A stretch of DNA of 64,000 nucleotides from Bryobacterales bacterium (GTDB lineage Bacteria; Acidobacteriota; Terriglobia; Bryobacterales; Bryobacteraceae), in the NCBI GenBank assembly GCA_963744775.1, contig CAVUVG010000009.1:612-64611 (forward strand), in the 5' to 3' direction. The translations under genes were made by a program, and so were the position numbers. Within the stretch, counting starts at the first letter, position 1; every line of letters begins with the position of its first letter. Positions 28,475 to 42,442 of this stretch are shown in pieces. The notes under the pieces were generated by a model that was given only the letters and a program-made list of their open reading frames with translations, did no database searches and was not told the origin of the DNA.

Positions 28475-29367
28475 AGCCCGGCGCGGCCGGCATGCTGCGG
28501 TCCGCCTTGGTTGTGCTCTCGATTCTGGCGGTTCCGGCCAGCGCCCAGGCAGCTTCTGTCCAGGTGTATTCCGAGTTCTCGCGCATCGATCCCTTCGGCA
28601 GGATCATTCCCGCGGACCGTCCGCGCCGCGCTGATGTTCGTCCGCGGGAAATTCTGTCGCCCGGTGTGGCCAGGAATGCATATGCCTCCTATCGCATAGC
28701 GGTCACCGTTGCTCCTGGGACGCCTTTCACGCTGCACGTGGGACAGAACCCCGAAGGCTCCTTTGGTGTGACCGTCTACAGGGAAGTGCTCCAGAGGCGC
28801 GGGGGTGAATGGATTCCCGACGGGTTGGAGCCGGTGAAGCTCCCCTACACGGCCCGGCTGCCCGATCGGACAAGACCGATCGTGGGCCAAACCACCGTCA
28901 CTTTTTTGCTGGACGTCTGGGTTCCGGCGGAAGCGGAGGTCCAAAGGATCAAGCTTCAGCCGCAGGTCTATGTCGGGGGACTATGGCTCACATACCCGAT
29001 GGAAGTGCGCGTCCTGGCAGCCGTCATCCCCGGGTCAAAGATCAACGGTCCTAGCCTGGGCGCCCTGGAACAGCCTTCCGACTCTACCGTCCGCGGGGCC
29101 TTGCGAGCGTATCTGTGCGGCGCTCCGCCCGGCGACTTCGCGGCGCGCGACAACCTGCGGTGGAGGATCCTTCGCAACGCCTTGCAGGACACCGCGCTGG
29201 CGCGGTCGCTGGAAGCGCGCCCCGGAGCGCGGCTCCTGCCTGAGATCTTGCGACTGTCAGAGAGCGGCGATCCCGAGAAATGGTGCGCGGCTCCACGGTT
29301 CCCCGAGGAGTTCGGGCCGGAATGGTACCTGCGCGTCAGGGACGCGCTCTATCGCATGACGCCGTAG
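28471..29367 (+). CDS. Secreted hypothetical protein, start overlapping the RNase gene stop
   Basis: ATG 28471 overlaps stop TGA 28472-28474. Signal-like MKPGAAGMLRSALVVLSILAVPASAQA. No confident family assignment. Confidence 0.5.
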   Translation: MKPGAAGMLRSALVVLSILAVPASAQAASVQVYSEFSRIDPFGRIIPADRPRRADVRPREILSPGVARNAYASYRIAVTVAPGTPFTLHVGQNPEGSFGVTVYREVLQRRGGEWIPDGLEPVKLPYTARLPDRTRPIVGQTTVTFLLDVWVPAEAEVQRIKLQPQVYVGGLWLTYPMEVRVLAAVIPGSKINGPSLGALEQPSDSTVRGALRAYLCGAPPGDFAARDNLRWRILRNALQDTALARSLEARPGARLLPEILRLSESGDPEKWCAAPRFPEEFGPEWYLRVRDALYRMTP

Positions 29368-30430
29368 TCAGGCAACAGGCCCGCGCCAGCGGCCAGGAAT
29401 CAACGCGGAGCAGGAGGGGCACCTTCCCTCGGCCGTGATCCGATAGTCGCCAACCCGGTAGCCATAGCGGGCCACCAACAGCTCGCCGCAGGCGGCGCAC
29501 CGTGTGTCCTCCAGGCGCTCCGTCTGGCCGGGCAGATTGCCGGCGTAGACGTAGCGCAACCCTGCGCTCCGCCCGATGGAGGCGGCGCGCACCAGAGTGG
29601 AGGGCGGCGTGTCGTCCGGATCGCGCATCTTGTAGTCCTTGTGGAATGCCGTGACGTGCCAGGGGATGTCCGGCGAAATGCCGGCCAGGAATTCGGCGAT
29701 CTGCCGCAATTCCTCGTCCGAATCGTTGAAGCCGGGGATGACCAGCGTCACCACCTCCAGCCAGAATCCCATCTGGTGGATCAGGCGGATGCTGTCCAGA
29801 ATGGGCTGGAGCCGGCCGCCCAGCTGGTGGTAGTGCTGCTCGTCGAAGCTCTTCAGATCGACCTTATAGAGATCGAGATGGGGCTGCAGATACGCGAGCA
29901 CTTCAGGCGTGGCGTTGCCGTTTGAAACAAAAGCCGTCAGCAGCCCGGCCCGGCGCGCCTCCTGAAATACCTCCACCGCCCACTCGGCGGTGATCAGCGG
30001 CTCGTTGTAAGTGCTCACCACGGCTTCGGCGCCCGATTCCAGCGCCAGCCGCACCAGGTGCGTCGGGCGTCGTGGCCCGCACCGGCGCAGCGGCCTCGGG
30101 GTCGCGGATCGCCTGCGAGGTCACCCAGTTCTGGCAGTACGAGCAATGCAGGTCGCAACCCAGCATTCCGAAGCTCAGGGCGACGGCGCCGGGCCGCACA
30201 TGGAAGAAGGGCTTTTTCTCGATCGGGTCGCACTGCACCCCGGCCACGTAGTCCCAGGGCACGTAGAGGGCGCCGTCCCGGTTGAAGCGCACCTTGCACA
30301 CGCCGGCCTGGCCCTCCGCGATGGGGCAGCGATGCCCGCAGGCGAAACAACGGATACGTTTGTTCTCCAGCGGTTCCCAGAGGTCGCCTTCGCGGACGTA
30401 GCCCCCCAGGACCTCCGCAAGCGTGGCCAT
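29368..30430 (-). pseudogene. AmmeMemoRadiSam-type radical SAM enzyme (PflA-like activase fold), one frame change near 30060
   Basis: N-terminal part has RCFACGHRCPIAEGQAGVCKVRFN and the radical SAM triad CDLHCSYCQNW (tail of ORF 29903..31795). The C-terminal part is ORF 29368..30054, with a C-terminal CxxC...CPxC. Confidence 0.75.
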
Positions 30431-30461
30431 TTCAATTCCAGTATCGCGCTTCCGGCGGCGC

Positions 30462-31681
30462 TCAGATCTTCTGAACAGGCTCGCGAGGATCTTGATGGCC
30501 CGGTCGACTTCCGGCTCGGTGATGATGTACGGCGGCAAAAAGCGGAGCACGGTGTCGTGTGTGCAGTTGAAGAGCAACCCTGCCGCCATGCCGTCCAGTA
30601 CGATCTGCTTGCCCGGGATCTCCAGCTCCAGGCCGATCATCAAGCCGAACCCCCGCACCTCTTTGATGAAGGAGTAACGCCGGCCCAGCTCGGCCAACTC
30701 CGCGCGGAAGCAGCCACCGATGTGGTGGATGTGCGGCAACTGCTCGCGGATGATGTCGAGCGCCTCGAGAGCGACGCGGCAACTCAGCGGTCCCCCGCCG
30801 AAGGTGGTTCCGTGCATCCCGGGGCCTAAGGCGGCAGCCGCCTTTTCGTTGGACATGATCGCACCCAGCGGCAGCCCGCAGGCCAGGGGCTTGGCGGCCA
30901 CCACCACATCGGGCACGACCGCGGGCTCCGCCAACTGGTAGGCGAAGTACTTGCCCGGGCGTCCCACGCCGCACTGAATCTCATCGAAAACCAACAGCGC
31001 GTCGTGTTGGTCAGCAAGTTCTCTCGCCCGGCGCACGAACTCGATCGAGAGCGGATAAATGCCGCCCTCGCCCTGGATCCACTCCAGCACGATGCCGGCT
31101 GTCTGCGGGCCGAAAGCCTGTTCCAGAGCCGGGATGTCGTCACGCGGTATGAAGCGGACGCCGGGCAGCAGCGGCTCGAAGTCCTTCCGGTACTTCGGCT
31201 GTCCGGTGATGGAGAGCGCCCCCAGCGTACGGCCGTGGAAGGAGTTTTCAAGAGAGATGATCTCGTACTTGTCGGGGCTGATCTTCGTGCCGTGCCCCCG
31301 GATCATCTTGAGGGCGCCTTCCATGGCCTCGGTGCCGGAGTTGCAGAAGAAGCTGCGCTCCAGTCCGCTGATCTCGGTCAGCCGCTTGGCCAGGGGACCC
31401 TGGTATTCGTGGTAGTAGAGATTCGAACAGTGGATGATCTGGGCGGCCTGGTCACGGATGACCCGCAGGATGCGCGGGTGGGCGTGGCCCAGCGCGTTTA
31501 CGCCGATACCGGTGATCAGGTCCAGGTAGCGCTTGCCATCGACATCATAGATGTAGCACCCTTTGCCGCGGCGCACTACCAGGGGGTACCGGCTGTAGTT
31601 CTGCAGCAGATATTGAGCTTCGAGGTCCATCACCTGCCTGGTGACGGATTGCTCCTGTTCGGTGGAAGATTGCGAGTCCAT
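30462..31681 (-). pseudogene. argD: Class III aminotransferase (acetylornithine aminotransferase-like); stop lost through an apparent 1-nt deletion near 30475
   Basis: LITGIGVNALGHAHP, FFCNSGTEAMEGALKM, DEIQCGVGRPGK and TFGGGPL are present. As written, the frame reads through into the radical SAM gene. Restoring one A in ctgttcAgaagatctga gives ...LFKKI followed by a TGA stop at 30462-30464. Confidence 0.8.
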
Positions 31682-31766
31682 CCTTCTAATGATACTTCGG
31701 CGAGGGCGCGGCGCTAGGGCGGGAACCATTGACATTGACTGTTGTCCCGCCGCTCTGAGAAAATCC

Positions 31767-33332
31767 ATGCAGAGCGGTTCCGTGCAAATCGTCACGCTTC
31801 TCCTTCTAGCGGCGTTCGTTCCCGCATGTTCCGCGGCTGCTTCGAAGGGGCAGTTCCGTGAAATCTCGCTCGCCGTCTTGCGGGACAGGATCGCGGGCGG
31901 CTGGGCCGGCCAGATGATCGGCGTAAGCTACGGCGCGCCGACCGAATTCAAAGCCAGAGGCGCGATACTCGAGGGCGATCTGACGCCCTGGACGCCCGGC
32001 CGCGTCAGCAACTCGCTCGGGCAGGATGACCTGTACGTTGACATGACCTTCGCCCAGGTTTTGGACGACAAGGGTCTGGACGCCACCGTGGACGACTTCG
32101 GCGCCATGTTCCGGGAGTCGAAATACAGCCTGTGGCACGCCAACCTCGCCGCGCGCCGCGCACTAAAGCGCGGGGTACCCGCGTCCCTTTCCGGCACGCC
32201 CAGGTACAATGCCCATGCCAACGACATCGACTTCCAGATCGAGAGCGATTTCATCGGTCTGATGACGCCGGGACTGCACCGCGCCGCCACCTCGATTGCC
32301 CTGCGTGCGGGCCGCGTCATGAACTACGGCGACGGCCTCTACGGGGGCGTTTTCGTCGCCGGCATGTACACGGCGGCCTTCTTCGAGAGTGATCCGTACA
32401 AGGTTGTCGAGGCCGGGCTGGCCTCGATCCCCGCCAGGAGCCCCTATGCCATGCTCATAGCCGACCTCCTGAGGTGGTTCAAGCAGAATCCGGACGACTG
32501 GCGCAAGACCTGGCAGCTTATCGAGGAGAAGTGGAACAAGGACGACCCCTGCCCCGAGGGCGTGCTGAGACCCTTCAACATCGACGCTAAGCTCAACGGC
32601 GCTTATATCGCGTTGGGCCTGTTGTACGGCAGAAAGGATTTTGGAAACACGCTGGAGATCTCCACGCGCGCGGGCCAGGACTCGGACTGCAACCCGTCGA
32701 GCGCTGCTGGCATCCTCGGCGTGATGCTCGGCTATGGCGGCATTCCCGAGGAGTACAAGAGCGGCATCCCCGCGCTCGCCGACAAGAAGTTCCAGTACAC
32801 GGGTTTCTCGTTCAACAGCATCGTCGAGAGCACTGAGAGACGCGCGCTGGCCATGATCCAGCGGACCGGCGGCAAGGTGGAAGCCGACAGGATCTTCATC
32901 AAGCCGCAGGCGCCACGGCCGCCGAAACTAGAAGTCTGGACTTACGGCGCCGTTGCCGAGCGCATTCCGGCCACCGATCCCAACTGGAGATGGAAGGGGA
33001 ATTGGCGCGCCAGCTCGGACAATGACCGGCAGACCAGAACCGCCGCCGAGAAAGGCGCCGAGGCCTCCATCACCTTCATTGGCACCGGCGCCATTCTCGC
33101 CGGCCCTTACTTCACCGAGGGCGGCAAGGCCGACGTCTACCTCGACGGCAAGCTCGATCGGACCGTGGACGTCTGCTCCGATCAGAAAAGCACCATAAGG
33201 GGGGACGCGGTCTGGCACGCCTTCGGTCTGAAGAACGGCACGCACACCATCCGCCTGGTTGTGCGCGGCGAACCGTACGGCGACTACAAGAGCGCCGACG
33301 TCGCTGTCACTGATCTGGTCGTTTTCCGGTAG
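31767..33332 (+). CDS. Secreted ADP-ribosylglycohydrolase-family protein with extra C-terminal domain
   Basis: Signal/lipobox-like MQSGSVQIVTLLLLAAFVPACSA. GGWAGQMIGVSYGAPTEF and AGQDSDCNPSSAAGILGVMLGYGGIP match the family. About 150 extra C-terminal residues. Confidence 0.75.
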   Translation: MQSGSVQIVTLLLLAAFVPACSAAASKGQFREISLAVLRDRIAGGWAGQMIGVSYGAPTEFKARGAILEGDLTPWTPGRVSNSLGQDDLYVDMTFAQVLDDKGLDATVDDFGAMFRESKYSLWHANLAARRALKRGVPASLSGTPRYNAHANDIDFQIESDFIGLMTPGLHRAATSIALRAGRVMNYGDGLYGGVFVAGMYTAAFFESDPYKVVEAGLASIPARSPYAMLIADLLRWFKQNPDDWRKTWQLIEEKWNKDDPCPEGVLRPFNIDAKLNGAYIALGLLYGRKDFGNTLEISTRAGQDSDCNPSSAAGILGVMLGYGGIPEEYKSGIPALADKKFQYTGFSFNSIVESTERRALAMIQRTGGKVEADRIFIKPQAPRPPKLEVWTYGAVAERIPATDPNWRWKGNWRASSDNDRQTRTAAEKGAEASITFIGTGAILAGPYFTEGGKADVYLDGKLDRTVDVCSDQKSTIRGDAVWHAFGLKNGTHTIRLVVRGEPYGDYKSADVAVTDLVVFR

Positions 33333-33373
33333 CGCCGGCCGGGACCGCTGCATAAGCCGCCGGTTGGGCCACG

Positions 33374-34805
33374 CTACGGCAGGCGCGTTGTGCCCATGAG
33401 GTGCTGGTCGATGGCGCGCGCGGCCTGGCGGCCTTCCGCAATGGCCCAGACTACCAGCGACTGGCCGCGGCGCATGTCGCCGGCGGCGAAGACGCCCGGC
33501 GTTGAGGACATGTAGTTCCCATCCGTCTTCACGTTTCCGCGGCCGTCCAGTTCCACCTCAAGCTGCTCGAGCATCCCCGAACGCACCGGGCCGGTGAACC
33601 CCATCGCCAGCAGCACAAGATCGGCGTCCAGCGCGAACTCGCTGCCGGGGACCGGCTCGAACTTCGGTGGCGGGCCGACGCGCACGGCGTGAAGCTGCTT
33701 GACGTTTCCGTTCTCGTCGCCGGTGAAGCGGGTTGTGGAAACCGACCAGTCACGGGCGCCGCCTTCCTCGTGCGAGCTTTCCACGCGCAACTGGAGCGGC
33801 CACAGGGGCCAGGGTGTGAGTTCGGAGCGCTGATCGGGCGGCTTGGACATGATCTCGAACTGAACCACCGAGCTTGCCTTCTGGCGGTGCGAGGTGCCCA
33901 GACAGTCGGCGCCCGTGTCGCCTCCGCCGATGATCACCACCCGCTTGCCGGCGGCCAGGATCGGCTCGGCGCTGCGGGTCGGGTCGGACGTGATGTCGCG
34001 GTCTCCGGCCAGCCGCTTATTCTGCTGCGGCAGGAAGTCCATGGCGAAATGGATGCCCTTGAGTTCGCGGCCGGGCAGGCAGAGGTCGCGTGGCTGCTCG
34101 GCGCCGCCGGTGAGCAGAATAGCGTCGAACTCTTCACGCAGATCCTGGACGGGCACGTTGTGTCCCACGTGGGCACGAGTCTCGAACCGGATGCCTTCCT
34201 CCATCAGTTGCCCCAGGCGGCGGTCGATGTGGCGCTTCTCCAACTTGAAATCAGGGATGCCGTAGCGGAGAAGGCCGCCGGGGCGGTCGGCCTTTTCGAA
34301 GACGGTGACCCAATGGCCGGCGCGGTTCAACTGTTGGGCCGCCGCCAGGCCCGCGGGTCCGGAGCCGACGATGGCGACGCGTTTGCCGGTGCGTTCCGCC
34401 GGCGCTTCGGGCCGGATCCACCCTTCGCGGAAAGCGTGATCCACGATGGTCTGTTCGATGAGCTTGATGGTAACCGGCGGCTCGTTGATGCCCAGCACGC
34501 ACGCGCTCTCGCACGGGGCGGGGCAGATGCGGCCGGTAAACTCCGGGAAATTGTTGGTGGAGTGCAGTGCGCGGATCGCTTCTTTCCAGCGGTCACGATA
34601 CACCAGGTCGTTGAAGTCCGGGATGACGTTGTTCAGAGGGCAGCCGGTGTGGCAGAAGGGAACGCCGCAGTCCATGCAGCGCGCGCCCTGGGTGCGGACT
34701 TTCTCCTCGGGAAGGTTTACGTAAACCTCGAACCAGTCGTTGACGCGCGTGGTGGCTGGGCGCCGTTGCGCCGTCTCCCGCGCGTACTCCTTGAAGCCCG
34801 TGACC

Positions 34806-34813
<8 letters not shown>
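33374..34813 (-). CDS. gltD: Glutamate synthase small subunit (NADPH)
   Basis: [13 protein letters not shown]..., Fe-S cysteines [15 protein letters not shown], and dinucleotide folds [14 protein letters not shown] and [13 protein letters not shown]. Confidence 0.9.
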
Positions 34814-39395
<4,582 letters not shown>

Positions 39396-39504
39396 AAGGG
39401 ACCCTCGACGGGGAGGTTGATTTCAGTATAGCCAGGGTCGCAGTATTAGTCAACCGGAAAGTGCAGTATTGTAAAATAAGTAGTTCTTATGCTAAGGTAA
39501 ACTT

Positions 39505-40403
39505 GTGACGCTAGATCAGATCAGGCTCTTTCGGGACATCGCCCATTCACGCAGCGTCAGCCGCGGGGCGCGCGCCAACACGTAAGCCAGTCGGCGGCCA
39601 GCCAGCACATCCAGGAACTGGAGCGCATGTTGGGGACCGAGCTTCTGGACCGCAGCACCCGCCCGCTGGGAATGACCGAGACGGGACGTCTCTACTTCGA
39701 GTTCTGCCGGGACGTCCTGCGCCGCCAGCAGGAGTTCGAAGAAGCGCTGAACGGACTGAAGGGCCGTGTGGAGGGCACGGTCAGGGTTGCGGCGATCTAC
39801 TCGGTGGGCATTCTGGATATGTCGCGGCTGGAGCAGGAACTCTCGCGCCGCATGCCGGAGGCGCAGCTCCAGGTGGAGTACCTGCGCCCGGAGAAGGTTC
39901 AGGAAGCCGTGCTCACGGACCAGGCCGACCTGGGCATCATCAGCTATCCGGAGTCCAACAAAGAGATCACCGCCATCCCCTGGCGCGACGAGAGAATGAT
40001 GGTGGCGGCCTCGCCCTCGCATCCGCTGGCAGCGAAGAAATTCGTGTCCAAGTCCGAGCTGCGCGGGCAGGATTTCGTGGCCTTCGACGATGACCTGCGG
40101 GTGGGGAAGGAAGTAGGCCGCTACCTGCGCAAGAACGGCGTACACGTGAACACCGTCATGCACTTCGACAACATCCAGACGATGAAGGAGGCCGTGGCGC
40201 TGGGTACCGGCATCAGCGTCCTGCCCATCCGCGTCTTACGCAGCGACATTGAACAAGGACGGCTGAGAGCGATCCCCATCAAAGGATGCACGCTGGTGCG
40301 TCCGCTGGGCATCATCCATCTGCGCCGGAAGAAATTCAACGGCGCCACGCAGTCGTTCCTGGAACTGCTTCAAGAAGAATCCAAAGCCGAGGCGCGCGCG
40401 TAG
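39505..40403 (+). pseudogene. LysR-family transcriptional regulator divergent from gltB (GltC-like arrangement); 1-nt deletion near 39585
   Basis: GTG 39505 opens VTLDQIRLFRDIAHSRSVSRGARAN, then a stop. The HTH continues one frame over as VSQSAASQHIQELERMLGTELLDRS (ORF 39627..40403). gccaacAcgtaagc appears to have lost one A. Confidence 0.8.
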
Positions 40404-40425
40404 GGGCACGCCGGTGGCGTGCCCC
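40403..40425. terminator. GC-rich hairpin shared by two convergent genes
   Basis: GGGGCACGCC-GGT-GGCGTGCCCC has perfect 10-nt arms and spans the gap between the LysR stop (TAG 40401-40403) and the peptidase stop (40425-40427). There is no U-tract. Confidence 0.35.
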
Positions 40426-41948
40426 TACCGGGGTTTGGGCAAAGGCTTGCGCGGGAGCAGTTCGGGCCGCGTCGCGGCGTTGTAGGCGAAGGAGGCCACA
40501 ATGGCCGCGGCCTGCATCAGGTCGGCCGCCTGCACACGTTCATAGGTGTCCAAGTTGGCGTGGTGCGTGCGCGTATCGTACTCCAGATCGTCTTGAATGA
40601 ACTGGAATCCGGGCAGACCCACGGCATCAAATGAGAGGTGATCCGTGCCCGTGGTGTTGCGGATAGTAACCGTGGTGGCGCCCATGTCCCTGAATGGCGC
40701 CAGCCAGGCCTCGAAAATCGGGCGCACCATGTCGTTGCCTTGCATGTAAATCCCCCGAAACTTGCCGCCGCCGTTGTCCACGTTGAAATAGGCGGACAGC
40801 CGGGCGTGCTCGGGTTTGAGCGCCATGGTTTGCCGCTCGGCGAAATGATTCGTGACATAGGCACGAGAGCCGAGCAGCCCTTGTTCCTCCGCGCTCCAGA
40901 GCGCCAGACGCACAGTGCGGTCCATCTTCAGATCCAGGGCTTTGAGAATGCGCATGGCCTCCATCATGACCGCGCATCCAGCGGCATCGTCCGCGGCTCC
41001 GGTGCCTCCAGTCCAGGAATCCAGGTGCGCGCCGAGCATCACGACCTCGTCCTTCTTGCGTCCCCCCGGAATCTCGGCGATGAGATTGAAACTATCGATG
41101 TGGTCATCGAGCAGTTTGGCCTCAATGTTGAACTCCAGCCGCACCGGGATCTTTCTGTCGAGGAGACGGGCGATGCGGTCGTATTGCTCGGCGAAGACAG
41201 CGACCGTAGGGGGCGGCACGGGGTCCTTCAGATCGCGAGAGCCGGCTGAGGCAGCGACGATGACGCCCCATTGCCCGCGGCCGCCCGGCGTCAGCACCAG
41301 CAACGCGCCTTCGTCCTTCAGAAATTTGTCACGGCGTGCCGCGAGCTCGCGCGGGCTCCGAGGCCTGCTGGGCGGCGGCTCTTGCGCCAGCGCCAGCGAA
41401 GCCAGTTCCGCTTCCGTGTAACGGCTGCTCGCTGGTGTCGTCTGCATGGCGATCTGCGGAGGGGTCTCCACGAGGACGATCTTGCCCTTCAGCGTGCCCT
41501 TGAACTTCGACATGGCTTGCTCAAGATCGGCGTCGCTGGTGAGCGGCAGCGGCGCCAGGACCGCTTCGGCCGCGACAAGGCCGTTGGTGCCGGGCGTCCA
41601 GGGCAGCGCGACGCCGGTGACCGGCGTTGTCTGCGGTTCGATCATGTTTCCCGAGTAGCGCGCCAGCGACCAGCTTCTTCCGTAGGGACCCCATTTCTCG
41701 GTCTTGACGTTTTGAAGCCCCCAACCTTCCAGTTGCTTCAGCGTCCACTCGGCGGCTCGTTGGAAGCCCGGTGAGCCCGTCAGCCGGGGACCATAAACAT
41801 CCGTCAGATAAAAGAGATGGTCCATGACCTTGGAGTTTTCGAGCGCCTCGCTCTTGATGCGATTCACGACCGCAAGATCGACTCTCTCTTGAGCATGCAA
41901 GGAGGCGCACGCCACCAATAGGACCGCCAGCAGTGTTCTGCGTTTCAT
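40425..41948 (-). CDS. M28-family aminopeptidase with PA domain, secreted
   Basis: Signal MKRRTLLAVLLVACASLHA. Zinc-site region VMLGAHLDSWTGGTGAADDAAGCAVMMEAMRIL, plus SAEEQGLLGS. Confidence 0.8.
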   Translation of the reverse strand: MKRRTLLAVLLVACASLHAQERVDLAVVNRIKSEALENSKVMDHLFYLTDVYGPRLTGSPGFQRAAEWTLKQLEGWGLQNVKTEKWGPYGRSWSLARYSGNMIEPQTTPVTGVALPWTPGTNGLVAAEAVLAPLPLTSDADLEQAMSKFKGTLKGKIVLVETPPQIAMQTTPASSRYTEAELASLALAQEPPPSRPRSPRELAARRDKFLKDEGALLVLTPGGRGQWGVIVAASAGSRDLKDPVPPPTVAVFAEQYDRIARLLDRKIPVRLEFNIEAKLLDDHIDSFNLIAEIPGGRKKDEVVMLGAHLDSWTGGTGAADDAAGCAVMMEAMRILKALDLKMDRTVRLALWSAEEQGLLGSRAYVTNHFAERQTMALKPEHARLSAYFNVDNGGGKFRGIYMQGNDMVRPIFEAWLAPFRDMGATTVTIRNTTGTDHLSFDAVGLPGFQFIQDDLEYDTRTHHANLDTYERVQAADLMQAAAIVASFAYNAATRPELLPRKPLPKPR

Positions 41949-41992
41949 AAAAGCCTGAGCATATCAGATCAGCGGCACTCTGTTGTTGTTAT

Positions 41993-42006
41993 GTAATAAT
42001 TATTGT
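41993..42006. promoter_or_regulatory. AT-rich near-palindrome upstream of rubrerythrin (Fur/PerR-box-like)
   Basis: GTAATAATTATTGT has the perfect core ATAATTAT. It sits inside the only AT-rich stretch of this intergenic region, about 6 nt before ATG 42012. Confidence 0.3.
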
Positions 42007-42011
42007 TAATT

Positions 42012-42440
42012 ATGAGTCACCACATATCACTCAAAGGGACCAAGACGCACGAAAACCTCAAAGAGGCGTTTGCCGGAGAGTCGCAGGCCAACCGGCGCTA
42101 TCTCTATTTCGCCAAGAACGCCGACGTGGAAGGCTACCCTGACGTCGCGGGCCTGTTCCGCGATACGGCCGAGGGGGAAACGGGCCACGCGCACGGCCAT
42201 CTGGATTACTTGAAACCGGTTGGCGACCCGGCCACCGATCTTCCCATGGGGGAAACCGTCGACAACCTGAAATCCGCCATCGCCGGCGAAACGCACGAGT
42301 ACACGGACATGTACCCAGGTATGGCCAAGGCTGCCCGCGAGGAGGGCTTCGCCGAAATCGCCGACTGGTTCGAGACCCTGGCGAAGGCCGAGAAGTCGCA
42401 CGCCGGCCGCTTCGCCAAGGGGCTCGAGAGCATCGCCTAG
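42012..42440 (+). CDS. Rubrerythrin-family diiron protein without rubredoxin domain
   Basis: [36 protein letters not shown] and [14 protein letters not shown] are the ExxH diiron motifs of the rubrerythrin family. Confidence 0.85.
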   Translation: MSHHISLKGTKTHENLKEAFAGESQANRRYLYFAKNADVEGYPDVAGLFRDTAEGETGHAHGHLDYLKPVGDPATDLPMGETVDNLKSAIAGETHEYTDMYPGMAKAAREEGFAEIADWFETLAKAEKSHAGRFAKGLESIA

Positions 42441-42442
42441 CA

